Below are positions 37,877 to 51,320 of a DNA stretch of 64,000 nucleotides, piece after piece. Under the pieces are notes generated by a model, which saw only the letters and a list, made by a program, of their open reading frames with translations, was not told where the DNA came from and did not search any database. The translations under genes were made by a program, and so were the position numbers. Source of the DNA: Octopus vulgaris (lineage: Eukaryota); the NCBI GenBank assembly GCA_951406725.2, contig OX597830.1, positions 39,556,001 to 39,620,000 on the forward strand, written 5' to 3'. How positions within the stretch are numbered: position 1 is the first letter of the stretch; each line of letters opens with the position of its first letter.

Positions 37877-37958
37877 TAGCAGCAATGGGATTCGAACCCA
37901 CGCCTCCGAAGAGACTGGTGCCTTAAACCAGTGCCTTAGACTGCTCGGCCATGCTACT
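37877..37958 (-). tRNA. tRNA-Leu(AAG) copy, probably a retro-pseudogene
   Basis: 82-nt cloverleaf AGTAGCATGGCCGAGCAGTCTAAGGCACTGGTTTAAGGCACCAGTCTCTTCGGAGGCGTGGGTTCGAATCCCATTGCTGCTA with long variable arm; D-loop GG changed to AG; T7 tract 7 nt downstream. Confidence 0.88.
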
Positions 37959-39728
37959 TGTTAGATTGTTTTGAATTAATCATGCATTATTTCATTGCTT
38001 TGAGATTTCAATATGATTGTTTTGTTTTAGAATGACATTGTAAGGTAGGTGTGAGAGGCCAGATCTAGTTGGTTTGAACATAAAAACAGGCAGAATATTT
38101 AATCTGAATGTGGATGGTTTAAATGTTAAAGGGTTGATAATGAAGTTTACCACACAACATAGACTGGTGATGAGCAACCTCAGAGTAAGTGCCCTCAGTC
38201 AGACATAGATTCAAAGAAGTATTATTTGATGAGTATGAGAAGCACAGACATTGTTTATACATCACATTTAACATTGAATAACAGAAGTGTGACATTCTAC
38301 AAATGAACATGAGTCTGAATGCTGCGAGTTTTCTATATGATTCATAAAGGAGTGGTTTGGAGGAAAGCGCTTAATACAAACATTGAAAACAACCAGGAAG
38401 TAAAGCCTGCATGGAACCCAGTTCAAGAAGAGAAACATTTGTGTTATGATTTTTCATTTCTGAAGATCACATTACTGTCTGGTTCTCACAAGAAGCCATT
38501 TCTATGTTTGTCTTCTAGCTGAGAGAGAAAATTATAAAGAATGTAAATACATTCCTTTTATTGTTTAGGCATACTGAAAAATAGACAGGGGAATATATTG
38601 CTGATGGACAACTTCATAACTGTTCCCACCAATTCGTTATCGTAGTCTGGTAGTTTTATTTTTTTAGTCTCAAAAGGTTGTCAAAGCAAATAGTGATATT
38701 TTGAGATCATTTAAATTCAGCCGTAATCTGAAGCATAACTGAGAGCCACCACGGCATCCGCTCACCCTTTAAACTCAGATAGTTAAGTAGGAGTACTAGA
38801 GTAAGTGTAGTGAGTTGTCTTGCTTTTGATTACGGACATGGCAAAGTCGACCTTGGCGGAATTTGAACTCAGAAATGAAATACGGCCAAGCATTTCGCTT
38901 GGTGTGCTAACGTTTCTTATTTCTTTATTGCCCTCAAGGGGCTAGACATAGAGGGGACAAACAAGGACAGACAAAGGGGTTAAGTCGATTACATCGACTC
39001 CAGTGCGTAACTGATACTTAATTTACTCAGAACGTAAAGACAGACGAAATACGGCTAAGCATTTCACCCGGCGTGCTAACGTTTCTCCCAGCTCGCCGCC
39101 TTCTCAAGGCACTACATATAGGTATGTATTTGTATGAAAGGTGAGTAGCCAATTGAATAGTATTACTGAAATGCAGGCAGGTTGAGCGGTTAAAAAGTTC
39201 GCTTTGCAACCATGAGAATCCGAGTTCGATCCCCACTCGCTTTTGTTTTAGTCATTGGATTGCGGCCATGCTGGGGCACTGCATTGGAGAGCTTTAGTCG
39301 AACAGATCGACCAGTGTTTATTTTTAAGTGTTGCATTTATTCTAATGATAACATTTGCTAAGTTATGAGGACGTAAATAACACAACACCGGTTGCCAAGT
39401 AGTGGGGAGGGCAAACACACACATACACATGCGTATATGACGGGGTTTAACAGAGGTCCGTCTGCCAAATTCATTCTGCCTGATGGCATTAGTCAGTCAG
39501 GAATACAGAAGAGGACACTTGCTCAATGTTCTGTGAAGTGGGACTGATCCTGAAACCATGGGGTTACAAAGTGAGCATCTTAACCTCACAGCCACATCTG
39601 CGCTCCAAATATAATTGTTTTTCATTGGCTTAAGCTGGTCGGAGAAGAGTACAGTCGATAGAATGAACTGAAGCAGGTGACTAGATATCAACTCAAAAAG
39701 ATATATCTCAATAACTGTTTACTAAGGA

Positions 39729-40045
39729 GTACTCCGTCGGTTAGGACGACGACGAGGGTCCCAGCTGATACGATCAGCGGAACAGCTTGCTCGTGAAATT
39801 AACGTGCAAGTGGCTGAGCACTCCACAGACACGTGTACCCTTAACGTAGTTCTCAGGGAGATTCAGCGTGACTCAGAGTATGACAAGACCAGCCTCTCTG
39901 AAATACAAGTACTACTCACTTTTGCCAGCTTAGTGGACTGGAGCAACGTGAAATAAAGTGTCTTGCTCAAGGACACAACGCGTCGCCGGGAATTGAACTC
40001 CCGACCGTACGATCGTGAGCGGAATGCCCTAACCACTAAGCCACC
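39729..40045 (-). mobile_element. SINE family C (tRNA head, ttgtgtccttgagcaagacac domain)
   Basis: A box tggcttagtgg and B box gagttcaattcc on -; other copies near 4030-4875 and 52355-52675. Confidence 0.8.
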
Positions 40046-40621
40046 CTCAACTATCGCGTGTGTTACGTTCCTAAATACCACGCGATAGGTGAAAACCCGC
40101 GAAGTAGAAACTACTCTTTTACTTGTTTCAGTCATTTGACTGCGGCCATGCTAGAGCACCGCCTTTAGTCGAGCAAATCGACCCCGGGACTTATTCTTTG
40201 TAAGCCCAGTACTTATTCTATCAGTATCTTTTGCCGAACCGCTAAGTGACGGGGACGTAAACACACCAGCATCGGTTGTCAAGCAATGCTAGGGGGACAA
40301 ACACACACACATATATATATATACATATATACGACAGGCTTCTTTCAGTTTCCGTCTACCAAATCCACTCACAAGGCATCGGTCAGCCCGGGGCTATAGC
40401 AGAAGACACTTGCCCAAGATGCCACACAGTGGGACTGAACCCGGAACCATGTGGTTGTTTAGCAAGCTACTTACCACACAGCCACTCCTGCGCCTGTACT
40501 GTATTTATTATTATTACTTTTATAATTTGTATATATTTATTTTATTATAGATGCAATGCAACACCACGGAGGAATCGACGAAAGCTTGAATAATAAACCG
40601 CGATATAGCGAGGGATTACTG
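40043..40621. mobile_element. pogo/Tigger-like MITE interrupted by a SINE
   Basis: ccctcaactatcgcg ... cgcgatatagcgagggattactg inverted termini. Confidence 0.65.
40113..40495 (-). mobile_element. SINE family B inside a Tigger-like MITE
   Basis: Near-consensus copy. Confidence 0.9.
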
Positions 40622-40779
40622 CAGTCAACCAATCGACCTCTCACACGTAATTGGTGATTATTTTATTACACCAAAGACTAAATGATAAAATTAATCTCTG
40701 CGATATTTAAAAGCAGAATGTAAAGATACTTAATTGCCTAAGTGTTATTTTCTATTTTGGACGTCCTACAGTTTCCGAC

Positions 40780-41088
40780 GTAGAGGTACATGGCCTAATG
40801 GTTAGAGCAGCGGACACGCGGTCGAGGATCACGGGTTCGAATCTCAGACAGGGCGATGTGTGTGTTTATGAGCAAAAACACCTAAGCTCCACGCGGCTCC
40901 GGCAGAAGGTAATGGCGAACTTCTGCTGACACTTTTGCCACAACTTTCTCTCACTCTTTCCTCATGCATCTTGCAGCTCACCTGCGAGGGACCGGCATCC
41001 TGTCCAGGTGGGGAACCTATACGCCAAGGAAACCGGGAAACCGGCCATTATGAGCCGGGCATGGCTCGAGAAGGAACAAACAATAACA
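40780..41088 (+). mobile_element. SINE family D with 12-bp TSD
   Basis: A box tggcctaatgg, B box ggttcgaatct, (AAC)n tail; TSD acagtttccgac at 40768-40779 and 41089-41100. Confidence 0.88.
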
Positions 41089-41621
41089 ACAGTTTCCGAC
41101 ATTGCGTTTTCTTGAGGCTTTATTGCATTAATCATACATCATAGGCGAGTAATTTTGTCTGTCAATCAAAAATAAATAAAATGATACAGTACAACATAAA
41201 AGAAAAAACTAAAACTTGAAACGCCTTTCATTTTCTTTTATTTTTGGATATCATTCTTCAGTAAATCGATTTTCATCCTCGTTTTCAAGAACCTCTCAGA
41301 TATTGAAATTCAACAGACTGGATTCTTGGTTAAAGATTTACAAGGTCTTGAGTTCAACCAACCAAGAACTAATCATAAAACTTTGGAAAAAGGAAGTAAA
41401 TTCTTTGATTTGGTATGTTGCAGGAGAGTCTCTCGACCAAATAGTACATGTCCGGCAGATCAGTCTGGTGCCGCAAACCGTTTTCAATGTAACACTTCTA
41501 TAATACAAAAGACTTTTAAGGGTTGGTGCTCAGTACCGGATATTTGGAGTGAATTATGGACAAGACGCTGGGGTATCAGAGGTTACATTTTCAAATACTC
41601 CGGTACACACACACATACATA

Positions 41622-41655
41622 CTAGACTACCCGTGACCCGTTGGATCATCGGGAA
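41622..41655 (-). mobile_element. Helitron-like 3' terminus
   Basis: Minus-strand GC hairpin cccgatgatcc-aac-gggtcacggg followed by CTAG|T; 5' end not located. Confidence 0.35.
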
Positions 41656-42294
41656 AGTCTGAGTTTCCCAGCAACGGAGTTTTGTTTTATGAGTTCTTTT
41701 TTCTTTTCCTGGTTATTTCGCATGCTTTCAACGAATGTGACATCGAAATCACGCATAAACGGCTCGTTTCCCCAGAAAAGGAAAGATTTGGCTGCTATTA
41801 CTTGCTACCACGTAACAGATATTTTGGGTCCTTTATCGCAAATAACTGTTATGTGGTAGCAGGGTGTGTTAGAAATAGCATCCAAATCTTTGGAGGTGAG
41901 ATACATTGAATGCACTCAAAAGAAACCTATGAAAAAAAATTATTTCACACCGAGGTTACGAACGGGTCTTTTACGAAAGATTTACCGTATTTTCAAAGTC
42001 ATTTTCATTTTAAAATATTATTGAAATATGCCCCCCAAAATTTTGTAATGGTATTCACTTGAAAAAATTTTTTAAAAAACATTAAAATAGTGTTTGTTTA
42101 AAGAAAGCTAATATATGAATACTTAGTGTACAAACAACTTACATTTTTGAAATCACATTCACTTAAAAATATTTCTAAATGATTAAAATATTGTGTTTAA
42201 CAGAAGCGAAAATTGAAACATTTACTGTAAAAACAACTCGTATTTTTTCGTTGGTAAGTTAATCATAATGTGTCTAATCGCAAGGTTAGAGTTA

Positions 42295-42366
<72 letters not shown>

Positions 42367-42846
42367 AGGACTTCCATGGAGCCTTTACGTAGTGTCTGAA
42401 GCACTACAAATGCATTATAGTCAAAGGATCTTACTTTGAAAGAGATTAGAGTTTTGTACCTCTTTGAAATAATAAATGTCTCTCCAGAACAAGTCTAAAA
42501 ACTTCTGGAATGCACCTTGTTGTAGATGCAGTAGCGCTTTTTGGGAGTTAAACGTTAAATATTGGCCATTAATATAAGAAACTGCGCTGAGTCAGAGACA
42601 GGATTAGATTAGGAACCCTAAAGTTTCGAACTTGAATTCAGCTCTCCAGCAAATTCCCAAAAGGTGCAAAACTCTCAAAGATTGCAGACGCGTTTTAAAT
42701 GCATGTCAACTAAAGCCGACTCTTGAAGATACTTGTCTGTTTTATTGTTATCTGTCTCAATGATTAAGTACCTCAATTGCTTTTGGAGTCAAGAGTTTGA
42801 AATTGCAATTTCACACGTATCATACCCTTTTCGTGTGCGTATATGC

Positions 42847-42877
<31 letters not shown>

Positions 42878-43043
42878 TGTACAAATGCTTGTGTATGTAC
42901 ATGCGTGTGTATACGTATCTATTTATCATTGTAAATATACACATTTACATATAGTCTCATACCCTCCATTTCCAAGAACATGAACACACAGAGATATGTA
43001 TACACATGCAGGAATATATATATATATATATGTGTGTGTGTGA

Positions 43044-43260
43044 GGGCGGCCAGCTGGCAGAAACGTTAGCACGCTGGGTGAAATGTTTAGGGGTATTTCA
43101 TCTGTCTTTACGTTCCGAGTTCAAATTCCGCCGAAGTCGCCTTTGCCTTTCATCCTTTCGGGGTCGATTAAATAAGTGCCAGTTAAACACTGGGGTCGAT
43201 GTAATAGTCTTAATCCCCTTGTTTGTCCCCCTTTATGTTTAGCCCCTATAGGCAATAAAT
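43044..43260 (+). mobile_element. SINE family A
   Basis: Full head, core and tail match the 15839 copy. Confidence 0.8.
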
Positions 43261-43791
43261 AAATATATATACATATATATGAGATAGATTTATGTATGCA
43301 TGTTTGTACATATATATACATGCATACATTTATATGTATGTATATATGTGTGTATGTGGGTGGCCTGTGTGTGTGTAGAGAGAGAGAGGCAATTAGGCAG
43401 ATAATAAAATTAAATGGTATGAAATATATTATTTTGGGTATGAAATACAAAATATGTATATATGTATACATAGAAAGCGAGAGAAAGCAGAAAGTGGAGA
43501 CTTTTAGATGATGAAGTTTTAAGTATAAATATATAGATATTTATATTAATAGGTCCAACTTACACAGAGTACAAACGACAGAGGAAACCAAAGAGGTGGA
43601 AGAAAAATGTTATAAGTCCAACGGCTGTTTCTGGGGCTCGGCGATCCATAATAATGTTGATAGATTAAGTTGATCACAATGTGCGGCCGTATGGGTGAAA
43701 TTAACATTTTCTATGATATTGTGCATGGAATCCCGTTGTCTTTCAGGACGTGAAACCCAGGATAATCCCATAAACCAGCCTTATCTAACTT

Positions 43792-44039
<248 letters not shown>

Positions 44040-44250
44040 AAGTTAATCCAAACAAGAAAGCACAAAAAAAACACAACAACGCGACGACGTGGAACAAATA
44101 TAGTATTATTGGACGCTCAGGAAAGAAGGAGGGTTTAACGTTTCGAGCGGAGCTCTTCGTCGGAAACATAGGAGAAGGAAATATCCAGAAAAGGGAAGAC
44201 AGAGAAAAAAAACCGCCAACGGTACACACGAGGTCACATTTTGAAATATA
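44040..44250 (-). mobile_element. Penelope-like fragment with minimal hammerhead-like motif (44133-44167)
   Basis: GTTT-CCGACGA-A-GAGC-TCC-GCTC-GAAACGTT-AAAC on -; decayed homologue near 32960-33120. Confidence 0.55.
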
Positions 44251-44282
44251 TGTATATATGTATATATATTTACACGTGCATA

Positions 44283-44359
<77 letters not shown>

Positions 44360-44363
<4 letters not shown>

Positions 44364-45012
44364 CTGGGTTGCATGCTCGGGCAATGGCAAAGAAACCTCT
44401 GATATCCAAGGAGAATCGTTTCGCTCAAGAACATGTCTTTTGGATAGAACAGTGGTCGCAGGTTCACTTTAGTGATGGATCGAAATTTAATGTGATTTGT
44501 TCCGATGGCGAGATGTACGTCCGACGAAGAAGTGGCGAAAGGTTGTTTCTTGCATGTGTGAAGAAGACAGTAAAATATGGAGGAGGCAGTGAAACGGTAT
44601 GGAGAGTGATCTCTATTGCTGGTTCTGGTCCATTTATTCGCCTCCAAGGGCCTGTCAATACTGAAATCTACAAGCAGATTCTTAGACAGCATACCCTTCC
44701 ACATCTCCGATCCTCATCAGTTCAACCTCCTGTCTTCGTGCCGAATAACGCTCCCTGTTACACTGCGATGAGAGTCAAAGACTGTTTGAGTGATGAAGGG
44801 GTTGATCTCATGGGCACAGGCCACCTCAAAGTCCTGATCTCAACCCTATAGAAAACGTTTGGAAGATTATTGGAGATGGGGCGTGAAGGAGAAATCCAAA
44901 GAACCAAGATGAACTCTGGGAATTATTGAAAAACGAATGGAATAATATTACTCCATTATTTTGCAAAAAATTAATTCAGTCCTGTGCTAACAAATGTCAG
45001 GAGGTCATTGAT
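44360..45012 (+). mobile_element. Tc1-like transposase relic
   Basis: [28 protein letters not shown], then frameshifted [13 protein letters not shown]. Confidence 0.88.
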
Positions 45013-45026
45013 AGTGTGTATGTATG

Positions 45027-45058
<32 letters not shown>

Positions 45059-46228
45059 TGTATGTATGTATGTATGTATGTATGTATGTATGTATGTATG
45101 TATGTATGTACGTACGTACGTACGTGTGTGTGTATGTATGTATGTATGTATGTATGTATGTATGTATGTATGTATGTATGTACGCATGTATGTATGTACA
45201 GTTACACTGGGATAAAACCATAATCTGTATTATGAGAAAATAATTAAAATCTCTTCAGATATTAATCGCAAAGTTTTGCATCATACTATGCTCTTCAGGA
45301 GAGCTGGAAGAAACTTTTGAAGCACTTTGGGCCGTTATATATTTCAGTTGGGTTAGCAAAATCATCATATGAATATCAGCAGCTTCATTCAGGAAGTCGA
45401 GTACTATTAAATGTCAGTGATAAACAACCATTTATTTGAGAGAATTTGAAAGTACACTTTTCATTTGCGTATATTTAAATTAACCATGATATTTGACACT
45501 TCAGCTTTATATTTATAGTTAAACAACTATATTGGTTTCGCTCTTTTTCCTGTGAGAGTTGCACTAACTCGAATCATATAAATAGCAACAGAGCAAAATG
45601 TTCTTTTCCCTTCATATAAACAGAGAAGCAAGCAGGAAAGAGAATTAAATTCCTGAATAAGAGAGATTATGGTGGATTGTTACTAAAATTACACAAGAAA
45701 GCAAAGAAAGAGAAAAAAACTCGTAAGGAAATCGAGAACGAAATGATATGCTTCACAAACACCGAAAAAAATGGTCATTTGGGAACGATATAAAATATTA
45801 TAAAGACAAAGTGTTGCAACACTAACCAAAACAGTAAAGTAATCTATATATATATTTCTAAAGACAATAAAAAGTATTGAGAGTGTATGAAGTTAACTAC
45901 ATTTCCAAGAATTAAGAAAGTGACTGAAGATTTGTAATATTTCAAGCAGAATGATATTTTTGTAGAAGAAAGCTTTCACAGAAGAAATTGCTAAAGGAAA
46001 ACGTGAAGAGAAAATGTCGGTTAGGAAACCGAAATGTTGTGATGCATAAAGTGTAAAATGAAACATTGTCCAAAAGAATTAGAGAAAATAAAAAAACCCT
46101 GGTCTCCCAAAGGTACACGAGACGATGCAGGTAGTGCATGCATTTTCGATGAATGTATATAAAATGTATATAGTCATACGTAATATATGCATACATACAT
46201 GTGCGTACATGCACGAACGCATACATGT

Positions 46229-46433
46229 ACGAAGTTCCTGGATTTAAGGGTATCGCGAAAGGTCTGTTTGGAGGACCAAACTTCAGAGTTCTTTTACAGG
46301 GCTTAGAAAAACTGAAGGACCGCTGCAATAAGTGTGGAAATTTGAGAGGATAATATGTTGAATACAATCATAATTAACTGATCCTCCTGTATTTTCTTTT
46401 ACCCAGAGCCAGGAACTTTTCAGCTTTCCCTCT
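46229..46433 (+). mobile_element. Mariner-derived MITE (same family)
   Basis: Reverse complement of the 54790 copy; reads GLEKLKDRCNKC..LRG.YVE. Confidence 0.7.
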
Positions 46434-47089
46434 TACATACAAATACAAACACACCCCATATCCCTCTCTCGCTCTATCGATCAGGTTATTAGATGTCCTC
46501 ATGTGTCAATAGTTACAGTACACTTCCATTCTGCCCTTGATTGCATCCTCTTCCATTAAGTTTTGAATATTTTCGACTACGTCTTCTTCCCATCCACGTG
46601 GAAGTTTTCTGTGTGGCATCTTCCGACATCTGGGACACCATTTAACAACTGTTGCCTGCGAGCCTTGCAGCATGTCCAGATCAGTGGAATATATTCTCTC
46701 AGTATTTCGCGATTTCAGCGTTCACTGGAGTGATTACCTGGTTTTGAATATGCACCAGCAACGGTATGCTCAGGATGGATATTTTCATACCAATCTTTGC
46801 TAGATTCTCTAACAATTTTGGTACTTCCTCTGAGATTCTTCTGTTTGGTTCCTGCAAACTTTTAGGTTTTTGTTTTCTCCAGTCATCTTTTTCTGGATCA
46901 GTGAATCATAATATTCATCGATAACACGTAAAAATATAATATAAAATTATATTACGCTTGATATATAACGTAATATAATATAATATAATATAATATAATA
47001 AAATATATTATAATATAACATGCATAATTCCTGGCATATAACACATAGACACAGATATAGACACACACAGACACACACACAGACATCAC

Positions 47090-47142
<53 letters not shown>

Positions 47143-47547
47143 CATACTAAAACCACAGTTCATACGCACGCACATGAAGGTGTTTACGCGTAAAAAGAAA
47201 TAAAGATACAAACAATATAAGGACAAAGATAATTCTATGCCCGTCTACACACATATACATATATACATGCATACATACATACATACATACATACATACAT
47301 ACATACATACATACATACATACATACATACATACATACATACTTACATACATACATTACAGAAATACACGTGCAAGCATACATATGCATGAAAAGAGTGA
47401 GGTGGGGACGCATAAGAAAGAGTGAGGTGAGGAAGCGTGAGAGAAGAGAAATAATCTATCACTTAAGGGATTGCCGAATTACAGTGAAACACATATAAAC
47501 ATACATTAACTTATTAACTACACAGATGCTGTCACACTGAAATGCAT

Positions 47548-47632
<85 letters not shown>

Positions 47633-47834
47633 TAAACACACACACACACACATATATATATACATATATACACACACACATACAGAAATATGCATACATA
47701 CACAGATATGCATGCACGTATGTGAAAATACATTGACATACACACACAGACACAGATAAATGTACTTGAGTATTGAGTATGTGTACAGTATACATACATA
47801 CATGCATGTGTGTAGGTATGAGTATGTTTAGATA

Positions 47835-47911
<77 letters not shown>

Positions 47912-48107
47912 CACACGTCCACCCCACATGCATGCACAGACAGACAGATAGGAACTTTTAATAATGTTATCTAATCGGTTGTCCTTCCATTAACCTCTAC
48001 TTGATGTGTTCTGTGCACTTGTACTATAATACAATAGCTGTTGCATTACATGTCTTCTCTTATCTCAAATTACAGACTTACTCTAATCAAGTGGTTTGAG
48101 ATTATTA

Positions 48108-48341
48108 CACTTGCAATTCAGGGCAATGTGAGTTCATATCCGACTGCAGGTGTATATATCAAATGTATATACATTACCGATTTTGAAAGATGTATTTCTA
48201 GAATTTCCAGAAATGAAATAATGTCATTCGATGCATTTCTGGAAATTCTAGAAATACATCTTTCAAAATCGGTAATGTATATACATTTGATATATACACC
48301 TGCAGTCGGATATGAACTCACATCGCCCTGAATTGCAAGTG
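48108..48341. repeat. Near-perfect foldback palindrome / TA-flanked MITE
   Basis: 111-bp arms 48105-48215 and 48234-48344, one mismatch, 18-bp spacer; TA at 48106-48107 and 48342-48343. Confidence 0.9.
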
Positions 48342-48344
48342 TAA

Positions 48345-49431
48345 CATGTCTTGTGCAGCTTTAATGATTTAATCCGTTTGGAAATCGTACTTGTGAATAC
48401 AGAAATTGTCTTCGGTGGAATTTCTGCCCAGGCTGCACACAACATATTGAACAAATCTGCACATGATGTTGGTTTTCGTGGCCTTTTTGCGTTACACCAT
48501 CCAGTGTGCACCAAATGTGTTCAACGGGGTTCACTTTAGGAAACTGGCTTGGCCAAGGAAATTTACATACACATTATACCAGTCACTGGTCTTTTGTTTT
48601 TCTTTTTGGTTTTGTGGCATGAAACACAGTCCTCCATAAATAATGTCTGTTTCTTACAATCTGACCACTAGAGAAAATCGGAAGTCCTTTCTGAAGAATG
48701 GAGGTGTATTTTTCAAGGTTTATGCTTCCAATACACTCCACCAGTTCTGAACAACCAGTGTTTCAGATTGCTACCTACACCATCATTGAAAGACTGCCTT
48801 GTTTTACCATAGGTTGCAGCTGGTTTAAATTAAAATCTAGTCAGAAAATTATGCAAATCTTGGTTTGTCCGTGACTATGACAGTTTTTCAGAACCCTTTG
48901 GAATCTCGCTTTGGGATTTGCCAACTCCTTTATTCTTTGGATATTCGCTGGTCGAAGAAGAGATTTCCTTCACGCTGTCCTACCATAGTAGCTTAGTTGA
49001 AGGAGATACTTCACAGAAATACAACAAATCATTTGTGGTTGCCCTGCAACATCAGCTGCTTTACAACGGGGATTACTTTCAACAATCCATTTGAGAGCCC
49101 GAAGACACTTGTTTGAGGACCTAGGCTGATCTGAGTGAGATGCTGTTGATTCTTGTCCTTTGCTGGTGATTTGTACAATGAGTTTGTTCACTGCGGCAAG
49201 AAGAATCCCAAAGTTTTGCATAACTTTATAGAGACTAAGATTTACACACAATACGCCCGCTTTGAAAATCAGACAACTCTTTTGCTTCGGGAGTTCGCAG
49301 CATGGCTTGTTGCTATAAATAATGAATATACTGAAATGTAAAACGAAGAATACACAATACACTAACAAGTTTAAAGCACCAGGCAAAACGGTATAATGAA
49401 GAGTGTCTATTTACTTTTGATGTATGTATGT
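48345..49431 (-). mobile_element. Heavily decayed Tc1-like element
   Basis: Minus-strand AAWAEIPPKTISVFTSTISKR C-terminus, HTH-like remnants, TIR-like tcaaaagtaaatagacac near 49403-49420. Confidence 0.6.
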
Positions 49432-49479
49432 ATGCATAACATCTCTCAAATGTAAATTTTTAGATACAGGTTTAAAATA

Positions 49480-50120
49480 ATATTGCTTTGAATCTATGTC
49501 GCAGCCGTTGTGGAAGAGTTATTACAATCGGTGGGTGTAAGATCGGTCGGCTGATATTTCCAGACGACATACTGCTTCTTGGCTCATCAGAAGATGATAT
49601 CCAGAATGCATTGAATGGGTTCACAGCCGCGTGTTGCAACGCAGGTATGAGAATTAGCGCTGCGAAAACCGAGACATTAGTCCTCTCAAGATATTTGTCC
49701 CAGCCCTTTCTGCATGTTAGTGTAACGTCAGTGAGACAAGTGGAGAAGTGTAAATATCTCGGGGCTATGTTCACGAGTGATGGAAGGTGGGGGTTGAATT
49801 AGATGCTAGAAGTGCAGGGGCTGGTATACACCAGCTCCAGCATTCGATCCTCAAAAGAGAAGTTGGTAAAAAAGCTAAATTTACTATCTTCATTTCAGTT
49901 TACGAATTTATCCTTACCTATGGTCATGAATGTTGGGTAACGACCAAAAGAGTATGATTGCTAACATAAGTGGCCGAAATGAGGTTCCTCTGAAGGGTAT
50001 CTGGAGTAACAGGGAGCGTAACTTAGCTCAGAGACCAAGGAGTCTCCATAGGTTGAGTTGCTACTTCTCCGCATTGAGAGGTCACACCTCTGGTACTACG
50101 GACAATGTAAACACATAGAA
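49480..50120 (+). mobile_element. RTE-like reverse transcriptase remnant
   Basis: LIFPDDILLLG (FADD-like), GMRISAAKTETLV and VEKCKYLG motifs; frameshifted. Confidence 0.75.
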
Positions 50121-50336
50121 TGCATTTAATCTTAGGTGCGTTTAATCAGAGCTAATTGGGGACCAGCAACAGCTAACGAAAGAAGGCCTCTGAGTAGTCC
50201 ATCGACATGCTAGAAATATCAGACAAATTTCTCTCAAATCTCGCACTACCGTCTTAAACAAAAAAAAAATGTTACATTAGGCAATGTAGTATTATAAATA
50301 CAAAATGAGCAGATTTATATACAATAATCCCTCGAT

Positions 50337-50714
50337 GGTAATTGTTCAGTTCAGTGATATTAAAAAAGTAAATAAAAATTAAGGGGCAGATAACTAGTAA
50401 AGGGACATACAAAGGTCAACTTACTGTTAAACGACAAATACTGCAGTAAAGTAACATGGTGAATTACAATATTCGCATGTGTATAAATTCATAATTAGTC
50501 GACGCCGTGCCAACTACTGAAGAATCTTGTCTCGTGATTCGGCTAAGGAACAATGAACAATGAATTGCTGTCCCGCTGGTCTTCCACGTGCCATTCTGAT
50601 CAATTCCAAAGTATAATATCCAGTATTTATGTTGACTGATGTATGTCCCTTTACTAGTTATCACACCCCTAATTTTTATTCACTTTTTAAATATCGCTAA
50701 ACTTAACAATTACC
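50337..50714. mobile_element. Long-TIR MITE with 9-bp TSD (Mutator-like)
   Basis: About 84-bp imperfect TIRs GGTAATTGTT...AACAATTACC; TSD tccctcgat (50328-50336) / tccctcgac (50715-50723). Confidence 0.75.
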
Positions 50715-50934
50715 TCCCTCGACCATCGCGGGTGTTACGTTCCAAAACTCCCCGCGATGGGTGAAAATCCGCGAAGTAGAAACAATATTGTACTGAATAT
50801 TTTTTATTATTATTTTTATAATTTGTGTATATTTCTTTAATTATAAATGCAAAACAACACCTAGCACTCGTCTCCCGAGTTTTGTTTTCCATGCAGTATG
50901 TACAATTCTTTGCTTACTCATTCACGGTACACTC

Positions 50935-51320
50935 TCTCTCTCTTTTACTCTTTTACTTGTTTCAGTCATTTGACTGCGGCCATGCTGGAGCACCGCCTTT
51001 ATTCTTTGTAAGCCCAGTACTTATTCTATCGGTCTCTTTTGCCGAACCGGTATGTGACGGGGACATAAACACGCCAGCATCGGTTGTCAAGCAATGCTAG
51101 GGGGACAAACACAGACACACAAACACACACACACACATATATATATACATATATACGACGGGCTTCTTTCAGTTTCCGTCTACCAAATCCACTCACAAGG
51201 CATTGGTCGGCCCGGGGCTATAGTAGAAGACACTTGCCCAAGGTGCCACGCAGTGGGACTGAACCCTGAACCATGTGGTTGGTTAGCAAGCTACTTACCA
51301 CACAGCCACTCCTGCGCCTA
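50935..51320 (-). mobile_element. SINE family B
   Basis: Near-consensus copy with a small internal deletion. Confidence 0.88.

Larger units (their letters stand above)
37616..38137. mobile_element. piggyBac-type MITE hosting the tRNA/RTE chimera
   Basis: Left part ...ttatttgttcacatt and right part attgttttgaattaatcatgc...aaatgttaaagggttga rebuild the family sequence. Confidence 0.75.

Noticed and set aside
40780-40850. tRNA-like A/B boxes (also 28490-28561, 39985-40045, 3268-3338)
   Set aside because: SINE heads lacking an acceptor stem; not tRNA genes.
41262-41412. Possible AG-GT exon (KSIFILVFKNLSDIEIQQ...FFDL)
   Set aside because: No recognisable homology and no partner exons; cannot be supported.
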